This document shows, one piece after another, positions 12,859 to 26,998 of a DNA stretch of 64,000 nt. The position numbers were made by a program, and so were the translations under genes. This DNA comes from Lophium mytilinum (taxonomy: Eukaryota). The stretch is from contig MU004200.1 in assembly GCA_010093605.1 (NCBI GenBank), forward strand, positions 124,001 to 188,000. The letters run 5' to 3'. Below the pieces are notes generated by a model, which saw only the letters and a program-made list of their open reading frames with translations, did not search any database and was not told the origin of the DNA. How positions within the stretch are numbered: the stretch's first letter is position 1; every line of letters starts with the position of its first letter.

Positions 12859-13873
12859 CTATTGGCCATTGACAACAGTCTTGGTGGCGACACCGTTCAT
12901 CGGCTCATCGGAGTAGGTCTTCGAGTTGTAGGCCTTGTTGCCCTCAGGGGTGGCTTTAATGGTGGCCGCGCCGGGGTTCCAGTTGGCGGGGCACACCTAG
13001 AACCAAATTAGTAAGGGTAGGTAGAGGGTTTGGAAGTATTTTGCGGTACGTACCTCGCCGTACTTCTCAGTGAACTGGAAAGCGTCGATGAGGCGGAGTG
13101 TCTCGTCTACGGAGCGGCCGACTGGGAGATCGTTGATTGTAATCTGCGATCCATATTAGCCCCTGATCCAACTGCTGGCCCATTTGCAACGAGTTTTCTC
13201 ATCCAAACCCCCATTTTGAAGAAAACAGCACCCAACGTACCTGCCTCACAATGCCCTTGGGGTCAATCAAGAACAGCCCCCTAAGCGCAATCCCCTCGTC
13301 CTCGATCAGCACGCCGTACGCCTTGCTGAGCTTGTGGTTCTTGTCGCTCAGCAACGGGATGTTGATCTTGCCCAAGCCGCCGTCCTTGCGGCTGGCATTG
13401 GCCCACGCCAGCAGGCTGTACTCGGAGTCGGTGGACGCGAATGCGACTGCAGCACCGCGGGCGGAGAATTCGGCGGCGCGGTCGCTAAAGGCGATGATTT
13501 CGGTGGGGCACACAAAGGTCCAGGCCATGGGAACGAAGCCAAGGACGAGCCATTGGGAGGTTGAGGTGTATGCGGTCAGGCTGAGGTCTGTGGGACAGTG
13601 GTCAGCTTAGTTGATGGTCACTGGATAGAGTTGTTGAGGTTACGAGGATAACGAGCCAAGATTGGGAGAGTGTGAGATGTGTAAGATGCGAATGGAGCAA
13701 TTGAAATATTTGGCTGTATGACGAAGGAGGGGTCGTGCAGATGATTCTGTAGCTAGCTCGGGAGCTAGAGCTCTAGAAGCCTTCCACCCACCTTCGAATG
13801 TGCCGTCAACAACAGCTGTGCACTGGAAGTGCGGCGCAGGCTTCTGAACCCGCGCAATTTCAGACGAGGCCAT
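12859..13873 (-). CDS. TSA1: Typical 2-Cys peroxiredoxin (AhpC/TSA)
   Basis: WTFVCPTEI (peroxidatic Cys), [29 protein letters not shown] and GE|VCPANW (resolving Cys). Three introns. Confidence 0.93.
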
Positions 13874-14982
13874 GGCGATGTAGGTGTGGGTTTGTACGAA
13901 TAAGAGGTAGTGTAGGGTTCGCGGCGGAGTAGGAGCTGGCGACTTGGGAGCTCTGGAGGCGGAGCGGTGTGGTGGGAGTAAGAATTAAGCTGCAACGTGT
14001 CGCGCTTCAAGCTATGGCGAGCTTGTGTAGTGGCTATCTGGTGAAGCAGGGCGAGTTGCAAGGTAGCAGCAGACGTGAGGAAGCTCTGCGGGCACAGGTG
14101 GAGAGAAGAAGCTGGGAGCGGAGTCAGGGCTGGGAATCAGCAGATATTGAGCAGATATTGTATATCTCTGGGCCCGCCGCCGGAAGGGGCCTGGTGCTGC
14201 CGCTGCACGCCCAAACGCCCACGCTCATCAAGCGGCTCTTTCCGACGGCATCACCACCTGCAGCGTCTCGGAGCGTCGGCAGGCGGCAGCAGCAGCAGCA
14301 GCCAGAGCGGTGAGTAGTGCTTGTTGCTGAGTGGTGATGAGGGCTGCTAGAGGTTTGTAAAGTGGGATGGCCTGGACGGCCATCACGTCCGAATCGCCGT
14401 CCAACGCGTGTTCCAGGGATCCTCTGCGGGCCGCTCATCGGCGAGACGATCCAGACCGCGTGCCTTACTTCAGCATCAAGGCCAAGTTTCACCCGAAGAG
14501 GCTGTCCGATGCCGCTGCACGCAGGGATAGCCCACTATTTGCCTTCCATCAGATAACGAGGCTCGTCGGGCGACCCTCGGAGGACCGTCTTGTCAATCAT
14601 TGCGAACATGCAGCTGCTTGATTGGTAAATCTTGAGTCTGAAATCACGAGATCTCGCGTTCCGAGGAGACGCTTGCTTTAGCTGCAGGATGAGTAGGCGG
14701 GTATTGCTGTCGCCGCGCCGAGAGGGGCAATTGTCAGATTACTGTCCAAACGAACACCAGACGTGCAGGCACTGTGTCTATTCTGAGTAGAGTCGCAAGC
14801 AAGCAAAAGAACCCACCAGCTTCCTTTTTCCATTGGCGCTAGCTACCAAACACTCGCCGCCAGCTGTGCAGTGCAGCAGACTACAAGAAATTATGCCCCT
14901 TCACTAAGCAAGCAGTCGTTTACCCATCCCATTCTTCGTACCTCATCCCTGGCGTCTGTCATCAAAAAGGATCCTCTGACCC

Positions 14983-17900
14983 TCAAGCGACACTCCCGAC
15001 AACCAGCGCCGCAACGCCCTCCTCCTCAGCCCGGACATCCATCTTCATCGTCACTCCCGTGCGGGCCGAGAAGGCCATCCTGACCATCGCCGCCACCTTT
15101 CCACCCGTAATCGTCTTGCCGTACAGCTTGAGCGTGTGCGTCGATGGCGAAAGGGCGACATCGGTGCCTTCGAGTGCCTGGAGCGAGAGCGTCTTTGTAA
15201 GCTGCTCAACGGCATCTGCAAGTAATCAGGTTAGCAAGGTGCTCAAAAGTGGACTTGTTAGGATGACTCATACCAGCGATGCTCTTGACATTTGATAATT
15301 GCAGCGTCTCCGTTGCCTCTTCGCCAGCTCCGGCCTGCTCCCATACATTGTCGAAGCTTCCCGCGTACGCTGGCACCAGGTAGTCGGCTCCAGTAAGATC
15401 TAGATCCTCAACTTGGTATTCGTCTTCGTATCCATCACCATCCTCGGGTTCGCCTGTGCTCGGATCTATCTCCTTGCTGGTGAATCTGAGCGTGTTGGTG
15501 AAGGAGGCTGCGATGAATTGCGACTCGGTTTCCAGACGCTTGAACGAGACGTATACAGTTCCTGGCTCGTTAGTCACCAGCTTTGGTGCTGGGATGACGA
15601 ATTCTTCTTCTAGCTGAACATCGCCGTCGTCTTCTGGCGATGCAAGAATTTGTACGTCCAATAGGACCGTGTCGGGCAATGTGCTATCGTGTGTTAGCAC
15701 CTGTCTAAGAACAGAACCAGGAAATCTTACTTCTTAATCTCGTATTGTAGCACAATATGGTCTTTGAAGATATGTTTGACGCAGCTGACAACATATTCCG
15801 TCTCCGACTCGGTCAGTCTGCAGATGCATTAGTATTTGCTGGCTTGAGTATTCGTAATGTACTGACTCTGCTACCGCGCTCGACTTCAACAAACCACCAT
15901 AAGACGCGAGCTCAGGGATTGTCTGGAGCTGCTCCGTATACTTCTGTTGCAGCGCTGATGCTGCCTCGATACCAGCTTTCGATGTTGGTTTCGGCCCAGC
16001 GACTGTGGGTGCCTTAATAGTGGGCGTGGCGTGCGTGAGCTTCTTCGTGCGATCTATCATTTCTATTAGTCTGTAGCTCATAAACAAAGTGGCGGCACTG
16101 ACCTTCAGCGTCGGCCTGCTCTCGGCTCACGGTCGGAATCTTGGAAATATCGAAAGGTTGCGCAAAGGTATCCCGGCCGTCCGCGGTAACATACATAACC
16201 AGTTGGTGCTCTAGGGTTGGGAGAGAATACATGGAATCCATTCGGATAAAGCGACCGGCCATTTCATCATCCTCATCCATTAGTCGTAGGTTTAGTGCAG
16301 CGCGATCTCGCACCTCATCGTCCACATCATCAAGACAGCGTGTAAGAAGAACTTTAACAGACTTCTTGAGCTCCGGATCCTTTTGGGCGACACCGTACTT
16401 TGCGAGAGCCGAAGTCGCCGCTGCGCGCACGATGGCATTCTCCAGTACCACGCGATTGTAGATGTATCGTATATACTTTGTCGGATGTGGAGTACTGGGG
16501 CCTTCTCGTCCGAGCAGATGTAAAATTCGAACAGCCAACTTGGTGAATTCGCAGTCCTCGATGAATTCGCACAACGTTGCCAGCGCGTCCTCTTTGGCCT
16601 CCGGCACGAATCGAATCAGATCGAAGATGGCTTCGACGACAGCTCGCTTGAACTCGTAGCCGCCTTCGTCCCGAAGAATGCCACTGAGGAAAGCAAGGAA
16701 TCCGGATTGCTTGGTGGGGAACTTCAGACTCAGTGTCCGAACCGCCTCAACGATGGTGACCTTGAACTCGTCGGTGATTTCTGCCATGAATCCACTGATT
16801 TGCTTCATAAGACGGTCCACGGATGATTCGTTGCCGGTTTTCAGCAATGTCGTGATGGCAAAAGTCGCGATAGAACGATTGCTGTTCGTTATGAGGCTCT
16901 CGATGTCGGGATTGCATGTTCGCACAGCTTCCGGCTTGAAGGAAGCTAGAGTAGACAAAATACGGAGAGCAGCAAACTTTGTGACAGCGCGCGGAGACGT
17001 GAGGAAAAGCTGAAGAACGTGAACGGTCTGAACGAGCTCGGCATCGGTGATATCCCTCATGTCGACAATAGCCTTGGCAGCCTCGAAGTTGACCATCTCA
17101 GCCTTGTGTCGGAGGTAGCCATCCAAAACTGTCATCATAGGTTTCCGCAGATTTGGATCATCTTCTGCTAGCTTTGCTGCAAGTCGGACTAATAGTACGG
17201 TGGCAGCGGGAGATTTCACGGCACCAGCTGCCGAGTATTGCTGAACCATCTTCACCAAAGACATGCGGTCGCCCGATCGCATTTGGTACAGAAGGCCAAT
17301 TGCGTGGTATTGGGTCATGTACTAAACATGTCAGTGATTGTGTGTAGCTCCTGCAAAACTGAGACACGTACGTTTGAGGAGGTTTGAAGGGTAGTGTGGC
17401 TGCTCCCTCCGAATCCGAGGCTGAAGCCACCTGAGGACTTCGATGATGAGGCAGCTTCCTGCGTCTCGCTCTGCCATCTTCGCACCACGTCTCGAGCGAC
17501 TGGTAGTAGATGATATGAGGAGACCAGAGCTGCGGAAGATACCGATGGCGTCTTATCAACAATGGCTGTCTTGATGAGACGTTCAATGGCTTCACAAGTC
17601 AGCTTTGGCGCCAGTGGTCATGAGGAACCCCCAGAGTACGAACCTTGAACTGTGGACGCATCGATGACTCTGCATAGAGCACGGATAGCGTTTGGCCGGA
17701 ACACGACGTCTGATCCAACAGCCGTGTCTTTCATGATGGAACTGTATCATACATTAATTCACGGTTCTCAACAAGTTCCAAGCTACCGTAATCATCAAGT
17801 TGAGCGCTGAAAGACTCATCATCAATCAATCGAAGGAAGTCATGCCGTGCTAGTGTAGAGATGAAATGGGGAATAGAGAAAAGAGCGGGCATGAGGAGCT

Positions 17901-18538
17901 CATCGCTTCAAATTCGTACCTTGTAACCATTATAACATCATCGCTAGAGGCGGCGAGCTCCTTGATTACCACTTTACCAGAAGTCAGCGATTTCTTCGGG
18001 TTATGCGGGGTTTCAATACGAACAGTACACCATCTGTCGTCTGCAGTCCACATTGTCAGTGAAAGTCTAGCCAAAAGGAGACAAAGCTTACAGAGACGCA
18101 TCTCGGTTCTGGAAGAGCTTCGAGATGCCGAAGAAGAGTGTGGTCGATTCTTGCCGAGCAAAGTTCTCTCCTGTGAACAGCAATAGCGCCAACTTCGTGA
18201 GTATCTGTTGTTTTTGGTGAGCGACGCTGGTATGGAGGCCTAGCCGGGATGGGTCATACGATTCTACATTTCCGTGGACTGTATGGACCAATTAGCATTT
18301 AGAAAAGCACTTTCGACGAGGTCCAAATACCTTATAGGGCTCGCATTGAAGACTCGCGCTTCCTGAAAGACAGAAGTTTTGTCCACTACCTAACATCAGC
18401 ACCAGCGTTCCAACCAAAGTGACAGGCAGGAACCAACCAGCAACAATCTGCCCCCCGTCCTCATCTTTCCTGTTGAATGTCTCAGCACTATTTCTATACT
18501 ATTCTCTCTCCCCGTCTCACATACTTGTTGTAGCTCAT
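14983..18538 (-). CDS. SEC21: Coatomer subunit gamma
   Basis: MSYNKKDED...[73 protein letters not shown]-terminal appendage ending VGSVA*. Many short introns. Confidence 0.96.
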
Positions 18539-19114
18539 ACTGGCGGCGTGAGCCCCAAGCAGTCGTGGGGTTCGTCCTGTCGAGCTCGCGGGGCTTGTCG
18601 CAGCGTGGTCTCAGCGTTTCAAGGTGCCCCAATACAGCTTAGAGGGCGAAACACAGGCTACTCGTGTTGTGGCTCTGAATAGAGGAGTTGTGGGAGCGAG
18701 GGCGGGGAGTAAACGTGGCTTTACAGCGGGAGAGCGGTCAACGTCGCCGGCCAACTTCTTCCGCAGAGATCCCGTTGGTGTCAATTGGGACGGTTCGAAC
18801 GGCGGACCAAGATGGTTTTCGGGGGGAGGATTGCAGCGGGCGTAGCTCGAGGGGTGTTGCTCCAGCTTGAGGTAAGGATATTGAAGTCGAGTTTGGCCTT
18901 GGCGCGCCTGCGCCCGGTGTTTCTGATATTCCGGTGCCACGGTGGCTGGTGAAGTGTTGGCGTGGCTGACGCGGTGGCGTCACTCTCATGGGGTTGCGCT
19001 GTGCGCCTTCAAGACCAAGGTTGGTTGATCTCTCGCATCCCCGAGCGTCGTGTCGCTGCGAGTCTCACTCCCCACCGCATAGCTGCAGTCCACCCAACCG
19101 CCACACCTGCAACC

Positions 19115-21578
19115 ATGGTCGCAAACCCGCCGAGCCTGCCGCCCATCGAGATGGGCACCGACAGCTTCCATTCAGACAGTTTCGCCAACCCAGCAACCAA
19201 CGGCCACGGCGACGGCAACGGCAATGGTTTTGTCGCGGATGGAGCTCCGCCCGCAACAGCAGTCTCACCCTCATCACCCGTTGCGCCCGCAGTCCTAGCG
19301 CCGCCCGAGAAGACTGAACCAGACGAGAGTGTGCTCAAGGCTGTGGACGACGTCTTGTTTTCAGACGTAAGGACCCTCTCCGCATTCACAGGAAGCGGGG
19401 AACTAATTCACTTAGATCGGAGTAAACACACTGCTCAACCGCCTAAAACAAAGCATCGCAAGCGCCAAAGACTTCGCAGTCTTCTTGAAGCGCCGGGGAG
19501 CTCTAGAGGAGGAGCACGCCAACGGCCTCAAGAAGCTATGCCGCTCCACGTTTGAGACGATCCGCAAACAGGATGCCCGCCACGGCAGCTATGCTCGCCA
19601 GCTAGAAGAGGTCATGAAGGTCAACGAGCGCATGGCCGAGAACGGCTCTCAATTTGGCCTTTCCCTCCATCAGATGCACGAGGATCTCACCGAGCTATCA
19701 AATACCATGGAACGTGGCAGGAAGCAGTGGAAGCAGACCGGATTGGCTGCCGAGTCGCGCGTACAAGAGGCGGAGAAGATCATGGAGAAGGCTAAGGCCA
19801 AGTATGATTCATTGGCCAACGACTACGACCGGGTCAAGACTGGCGACGCTGGGGCAGGCAGGAAGTTTGGCATCAAAGGGCCCAAGTCCACTGCGCAGCA
19901 TGAGGAAGATCTGCAGCGAAAGGTTCAAGCAGCGGATGCAGACTATCTGGCAAAGGTTCAAGCTGCCCAAGCTCAGAGACAGGAACTTGTATCTACTTCT
20001 CGCCCGCAAGCTGTGAAAGCAGTGCAGGAATTGGTCACCGAGTGCGATTCCGCCTTGACCCTACAGCTTCAGAAGTTCGGTCAGTCTATATTCCGTCTCC
20101 CGGATGATTTTAGCTAATATGCGTAGTTGCTTTTAACGAAAAGTTGCTGCTGAATAACGGTATGGCTGTCAGCCCTGTCAACATTGGGGAGGCTGCGGGC
20201 AACCTACCCCCAAGTCTTCGGGAGATAGTCTTCAAGATCGACAATGAGAAAGACTTCCACCAGTTTGTCACGAGTCACACTTCGAAGATTCCGGCGAAGC
20301 AAGGAGACTACAAATATGTCAAGCATCCGGTAAGCCAATCATCTGTGCCTGTAGCATCAGCTCTAACTCTTACATCAGACTCTCGTTACTCAATCGGCAC
20401 AGCCAACTCCACCGGTGCAACAACCAGCGCAGCCGCGACAATCTTTGACAATGCAGACCAGCCAACCTCCACCGTCATTCTCTATCGCCCAACCAGAGAC
20501 ACCAGAATCTCCTCAAATGCAGCTTGGAATTCATCAAGCACCGCCGGCTACTCAACCACTCTCCCAGACGCAGTCGCAGCCGTACAATACCGGTTACCAG
20601 CAACCCCCACCACAGCAAGCTTCGCCCTACGATCGAGGGTTTACCCAGCAGCCTTCTTATGCCCCCTCCTATCCCCAAACTTCCTCGAGCCCGTACGCTC
20701 CAGCTCCAGCTGCAGCACCATCGCCATATCAGCAGCCACCCCAGAACGCTGCAGTGTCATATGGCAATCTCCCTCCTGTGAAGCCCGTATTCGGCATCAC
20801 CTTGGATGACCTATTCCGGAGAGATGGCACGCCTGTGCCCATGGTCGTATATCAATGTATCCAGGGCGTTGACCTTTTCGGCTTGGATCTCGAAGGCATT
20901 TACCGGATTCCCGGCACTTCGTCGCACATCACAGCGATGAAGGCCTTATTCGATAACGGTATAACACTCTTTCATTATAGTTGTTTCTCTCCACTCTGCA
21001 TACTAGCAACAGCCTTGCTGACGTCCCACAGATGCATCAAAGGTCGACTTCCGTAACCCGGAAACCTTCCACCACGATGTCAACAGCGTCGCTGGGCTCC
21101 TCAAGCAGTTTTTCCGCGATTTGCCCGACCCGCTGTTGACGGCGGAGCATTACACTGAGTTTATTGATGCAGCTCGTAAGTGAAGTATTTCTCGCAAGCT
21201 GCATTAAAAGTCAAAGGACTGACGGATTCTGCGCTTAATTTAGGAATTGACGACGAAACTGTTCGCCGCGACTCGATGCACGCCATCATAAACGCACTCC
21301 CAGACCCGAATTATGCGACTCTACGAGCGCTTGTTCTGCATCTCAACCGCGTGAACGAGCACTCCCAAGCTAATCGCATGAGCACAAGCAATCTCGGAAT
21401 TTGTTTCGCGTAAGTCCACGCTCCAATCCCCCGCGAAACACGGAGTTTTTGCTAATTAGTTGCGCACAGGCCGACGATAATGGGCCAGCATCGCGGCCAG
21501 ATTGCGGACTCGGGGCTGCAGGCCAGAGTCATCGTCACTATTCTGGACAACGTGTATCAGATCTTCGACGAGGATTGA
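19115..21578 (+). CDS. RGD1: F-BAR + RhoGAP protein (Rgd1/Rga7-like)
   Basis: F-BAR region [30 protein letters not shown] region [47 protein letters not shown]; ends QIFDED*. Confidence 0.9.
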
Positions 21579-22886
21579 GCCTTCGTCACTCGATTCGCAA
21601 GTCTGGTGGTGTTCTCTCAAGGCGGCGCGCACAGCTCGCGGCGGGCATCGCGGCTGTGGACCTGCAGATACCGTTGGTTAATGGTTTCTAGCCCTTGGAG
21701 TGGCGACGCCGACATTGTCAGCAGCGGGGTGGAGGCGGTTGTATGATTATCTTGGGCAGTCTGATATCTCGTGGATTTGTTTCGGTTCAGCGGCACGGGT
21801 GTAGGGGTACTGGATGTAGTTGTTAATGGGAATATATGTTTGTCATTAGGTTTGTCCTATCCTTTTGTTGATAGGGAGTCCACATCCCCTAATTTCTGAC
21901 GCATACCCTGATGTCGTCCTGGCTTTAATTTCAGACTCCACATCTCAAGAGCCCCAGTTACACCCAGAACTATTCCAATTTCGTTGAGGCATAATCGACG
22001 TATGTAAACATCTGCAGTTGAGGTCTCATCTCAGCGTGTCGAGTTCGTAGCTCTTCCTGCTCACCGTCTTTTGGAGAGGATTTAGCGTCTCTTCCCAGTA
22101 CCATGGTTCGCTCACGATGGGTTCTGGAATCGGAGCCCAACTGCTCCGATACCACGGTTTCGAGTGTCAGGTCGGGGTGTGTTAGGGAAACGGGTTTACG
22201 GGCCCAGAAGAATCTCTGGCCGCGACCATTTCTTCATGCCGCTTCAGCCTACCCCACTCGGAATGCTCAGGACTCAGCACAAACACGTGTTCCTGATGCT
22301 TTTAACATCCCGATTTTGCAACATCGTGGAGAATGTGACACGTCATAGATTTACATTGTATCAAGCTTTCTAAAATGCGACTTCTCGGTTGAGCGAAGCG
22401 GGTCGCGGAGCGCCGCTGGGCCATGAAACAAGACACTGGGGTTTTCGCTGTGCATCTCACCCTGTCAAAACTCCTCAGCTTCGGAATATAAGACTGATCG
22501 TATTCAGTTAATTTTTCTCGTTTCAAAGTGTCCGATGGTGGGGCATAGAGACATCTTGCCGGTGAGTCGCTGCCGGAGGATAGACTCAGGGAGTTCTGCG
22601 CGAAGGTGGATGCGTTGTGTGAGGGGACGGGGGTGGTGGTCACGTCGGTGTAATTCACGTATAGGCGGGATGCGGAGGTGGCGGTGAGCGATGATAGCTG
22701 CGGGATGATTGATTGATGGGTGATGGTTAGGTAGGCGCAATGACAGTAAGACTGAGCTCTTGAGAACGAGAAGGGAATTGCCGCAGGTCTTGCGAGAAGG
22801 AGGTGCTCAACTGACTGCCTCGATCCAGGAGGAGCATATGTTGGGGTTTGTGATTTTGTTTGCCCGTTTTTTTGGTCGAGACTTTC

Positions 22887-23741
22887 CTATTGGCCGCTCC
22901 AATCCGCATGGTAGGATCCACCAAAACCCTTCGACCTCATGATCTGCTCTTCAATAGCAACACAAGTAAGGATGATATGTTCTAGCGCATCTCCACTAAC
23001 ACCGTCAATCATAATCCCAAGACTCCCCATGCCATGGCTATCTTCGACCTTCTCTAAGCCGTCCTTCTCCCAAGATGACGACCTGGGCTTGTAAATAGCC
23101 AGTATGTCTTGGCCGCTTTTGAGCATCAAACTTCCTCCCACACACCTGCCTCGAGAATCCCACGCCAACTTGACAAATCGCCCGGTGTAGGTTTCGTCAT
23201 ACCCATCCCACTGGTTGTAACTAGCGCACCATTCCAAGGGCTTAGACATGTCGCGTCCCAGGAGTTTAGTCAAGACCGAGTCTCGCCATTGCCCGTGGCC
23301 TAGCCCGTTGGTAAGCTGCAGCTCTTTCTCGTCCGAGGTCAACTTTGGTTTGACGGAGCTCCCCGAAGGCTCTGGAGACGGGGTATATCGGACGCTGCCC
23401 TTGACGCACATGAAACGTTCAAACAGCCGCTGTTGGATCATGATGCGTCGCTGCTTCGTAGGAGTTTTATCGTGGTAGCTCGAAGTTATCTGAGGATTTT
23501 CCGAGAGGCTGAGGGGTGTCCACTGAGAGCGGAATAGCCAGGGTTGAACATGGTTCTCGATGAGATATGTGGGAGTCTTGATACTGTTGTTCTCTACTCT
23601 GTGGCCCTCATTACGGTACACAGCAAAGATTGGCGCTTTCCTGCTATTCAAAGTGCTACTACGCGAGGATCCGGTTGGCTTGCCTTGTGGGCAGATGTCA
23701 AACGAGTAGAGGGGTGTTATAATTTTGGTTTGATAAGACAT
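22887..23741 (-). CDS. Hypothetical protein (284 aa)
   Basis: Uninterrupted ATG-initiated ORF with a TATA-like TTTATATAA ~50 bp upstream (23791-23800). C-terminal 'ALEHIILTCVAIEEQ' helix. No family recognised. Confidence 0.6.
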   Translation of the reverse strand: MSYQTKIITPLYSFDICPQGKPTGSSRSSTLNSRKAPIFAVYRNEGHRVENNSIKTPTYLIENHVQPWLFRSQWTPLSLSENPQITSSYHDKTPTKQRRIMIQQRLFERFMCVKGSVRYTPSPEPSGSSVKPKLTSDEKELQLTNGLGHGQWRDSVLTKLLGRDMSKPLEWCASYNQWDGYDETYTGRFVKLAWDSRGRCVGGSLMLKSGQDILAIYKPRSSSWEKDGLEKVEDSHGMGSLGIMIDGVSGDALEHIILTCVAIEEQIMRSKGFGGSYHADWSGQ

Positions 23742-24933
23742 GGTGAAAACTGCAAACTGCCGCGTCTAGAATTCGAGATAGGCCGGGAGCTTTATATAAA
23801 CCTGGAAGCATGTGGCTAGTTGATGGCTGAGTCTTTAGCTGAGGTGGCTGAGTGAACCTAGCGCGGAGCGACTTTAGTGTTCTTACACATGTGACCGTAT
23901 GTTGACCCTCATTTGCGGTCCGATTCTTGTTATAGTTGAGAGTCGCTAGGGAAGCACGTGGAACAAAAATTCTCCTGGAACGCAGAGGACCTTCTGCACG
24001 CTTAAAGGTAGAATATAGTCACATGACTGTTCAGAGTAAGCGACAGCTGATGCTCTAGCGTAGCTTTAAGCGAACCATTGAGATTGTTCCTAAGGCAGTT
24101 TCCTTTCCCGTTCAGGGAACTGAAGTGCTCATCCTCTAGCCGGAGCTGTTGGCTGTGCTACCTCCTACAAAGTAGAGTGAGCACATCATAAGCTGAGACT
24201 ACCAACACGTTGAATCCCAGCTTCGGGCCCTGTATCCGTTAAGAAAGATTAAAAGTGGCTTGCAGCCGCCGCATCCTTAGTACGTGTAGCACCAGCGGCA
24301 ATCCGCAGCAGTTATCAGTAGTGTACGGCAATCTGCGGCAAGGTGCAGTCCACAGCTCAAGCAGTAACATAGACTAGCCTTGGGGGAACAGCTCTGACGA
24401 GACGAGGTAGGGTGAAACCCGGCACTAGCGACAGATGATGAATACTCTAGTTGTAGCGTCTTGGCGAGAAGATGTCTCGCGACCACCTTAAGAACTTGTA
24501 TAGCTCCATGTATACTCTAGGTAATTGCTCCATGAGATGGGTGCTCGGCGCATTGAAATGTCAGGACTTAACTTTTTTGGGATAGTGAGCCGAGTCACGT
24601 GCACTTTCTACATACATTGCTTTTCAAGTTCAACATTGCAGCTCCGTAAAAGAAAATACTTAACTTCGAGTTTCATTAATTATTCGGTGAGTTAAGGCTT
24701 GCTCTTAAAATCTCCGTCGTCGTCTCGGCACGAGTTCTCGCCAACTTGTCTTTATCGTGGCCCTCGTCTAGGACCTCGGGACGCGTCACCTCACGATAAG
24801 CATCATGAACAAAAACCCAAAAGAACCTCCAGTTCAAACCAAATGAATTCGCAAACTCCTTGATGGTCAGGTCCTACATGGTCCAGCTCTAAAACTCAGG
24901 ATATCGGCACTAAACCTACTCTGCGTCCCTACC

Positions 24934-26998
24934 ATGGACCACAATTATACTCTCGGCATCCGGGTCCCCACTCTCACAAGCCTCGCAAACATACTCCTTT
25001 TGATCATATCCCCGACTATAGCTATTAGCCAAGCACCCCTCTCATCTTTTTCAAGCCTTCCGCCCATTCCCACTTCCCTCAATTTTTCGTCTCCGGGACC
25101 CTGCGTATTCCACTCTCTCGCAACCCTCCTCCAGCAATGGCCCCAGACTTTCTTCCCCAATGGCCACACCATTGCCAGCGTTACTATACCGCCCCATACG
25201 CTGCTATACCATGGTCGCCATGATGCGTCACCGCCGCCAAGCCCTGAGTGGCTCGCATTTGATGTTGAAATGGCGTATGGGATCATGGGCAACCTACCTG
25301 ATTCGCGACTATTTACCTATCGTACGACTCGGCCAGTCCGTGCGGTGTATTTCGATGGCATGAGCGCGAGCCTGATGGGCGACGGTACTAGAAGTCAGAT
25401 GGTGTTTCTGTACAATGGCACCGATGGTATTCCGGAACGAGATTGGCCGAGGCCGGGGCGGCCACCTGGAAGAGGAGGAAAGGATGATGGGGATAGGCAT
25501 TGGAACCCGCTTGAAGACGAGTATTTTCGGGCGAGAGGGCTTTGTGCATGGCTGAAAGAGGAGGGGCTAGGAGGGAGAGGATGGGGGTATGAAGGCGTCG
25601 TGAGGATGAATGCAGGGTTTGAGGTTATTTGGTGTGATTTCGAGTCGCCGTCGTTGAGCTTGGTGTCGAATTTAAATGTGTCAGTGCCGCGGCTTGAATT
25701 GGAGGAGGCGGAAAACGGGCGTTCGAGTGAACAAGAGGAGGCTGTGGAACTTGGAGATTTGAGAAGAAGATCTCGAGTAGAGAAGAGGGAAGACGGCGAT
25801 GAGGGCCCACACGGTCCTGGAATGGCGGATCCGACCGAGCCTTTCAAAGAATTCTCCAGCTGGATGTGGTTCTCTGCCGCGACACGACGGTACTTTGGCG
25901 AATCCCGAATAAAGGTCGATGCTTGTGGTCTTTTCTCATTCTACGACCCCGAAATGCAGGATCAAACCCTTTCAAGAATCACCCAAGAAGCAGAAGAGTT
26001 GAACATCACCGCTGGTGGCCTCTGGATCCAACCTGAGGTCGAAAGCGATAGACTCATAGGTCTGCAAAAGCTTGCCCGGCGAAGACGAGCGCATCAGCTT
26101 GATAGCGTTAGTACCGATGACGGTTTGATCATGCGAACTGGTGTCAAAGCCGTCCTGAAGGAAGTACTAGGCTATGGAAAGAGCTGCAGTGGTATCGAAT
26201 GGCATTCTACTGCCCAAGAGATCATAAGGACATATCACGTGATACTCCAAGACCTCCAACTAGCACTGCAAAAAGCTGGAAACGAAGGAACAGATTTGAA
26301 CCCGCGAGCTAGGTTGGAGTCCATTCGATTTCTGACGCACTGGCTTCTACTACAATTCTTGGAATACCCGCCAAATCGTCCGTATCCGAAAGAGGCCCTA
26401 GCAGATCTGTTCTCACTGGATTCTCAAGCAGCACGGCATGCTTTTAGAAGGTGTCGCAGTCAGTACGCAATTGACGGCTTTGAGCTGAATGATCGCGAGG
26501 ACGCGTTTGCTTCTGGCCTGAACTACACTCTTTCTGGAATCTGCAGCACATTCATTCGAATCGGCATGGAAGTAGAGTACACTTGGCTTTCGGACTACAA
26601 CAATAGCCCTCATGAGAACGACCCAGAGGAGCCCCGGACCACGGGACTCGCCGACAAGATTACTCAGTGGAAACATCAGCTAGAGGAGCTCATTGCCTGG
26701 CTCGGATGGGCGGAGCAAGACTCCACCTGCCGAGGTGGTTGTGCACCCGGCGTAAGTGAAGATGTTCACCCGTCCACTATGTGACTGTTACTGACGAGAA
26801 GCGAAGGAGATTTGCTACATTCCCATGTGGCCGGTCGCCGGCGTTCCTAGAAGAGGACCGCCTCCGCCCAAGAGACCCGACTTCAACGCAGACTTGAACG
26901 ATGCAAATGCTCCTCCGAGGCTGCCTCCCGGTTGGGGCAACATGGATGAGCATCTGTGGCATCCGACATGTGTGAACACATCCTCATTTCCCCCGTGA
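24934..26998 (+). CDS. Conserved fungal secreted/membrane protein (YPL277C-like family)
   Basis: Hydrophobic N-terminus; motifs LLQQWPQTFFPNGH, TLLYHG, PEWLAFD, YFDGMSA, YEGVVRMNAGFEVIWCDF, LIAWLGW. Intron ~26752-26807, then EICYIPMWP. Confidence 0.75.

Noticed and set aside
17761..17830. Possible intronic C/D snoRNA in SEC21 (ATGATGA on the minus strand)
   Set aside because: No canonical CTGA box D and no terminal stem found.
22302..22740. Short minus-strand ORFs downstream of the 284-aa gene
   Set aside because: Could not build a convincing ATG or splice model, or recognise a family.
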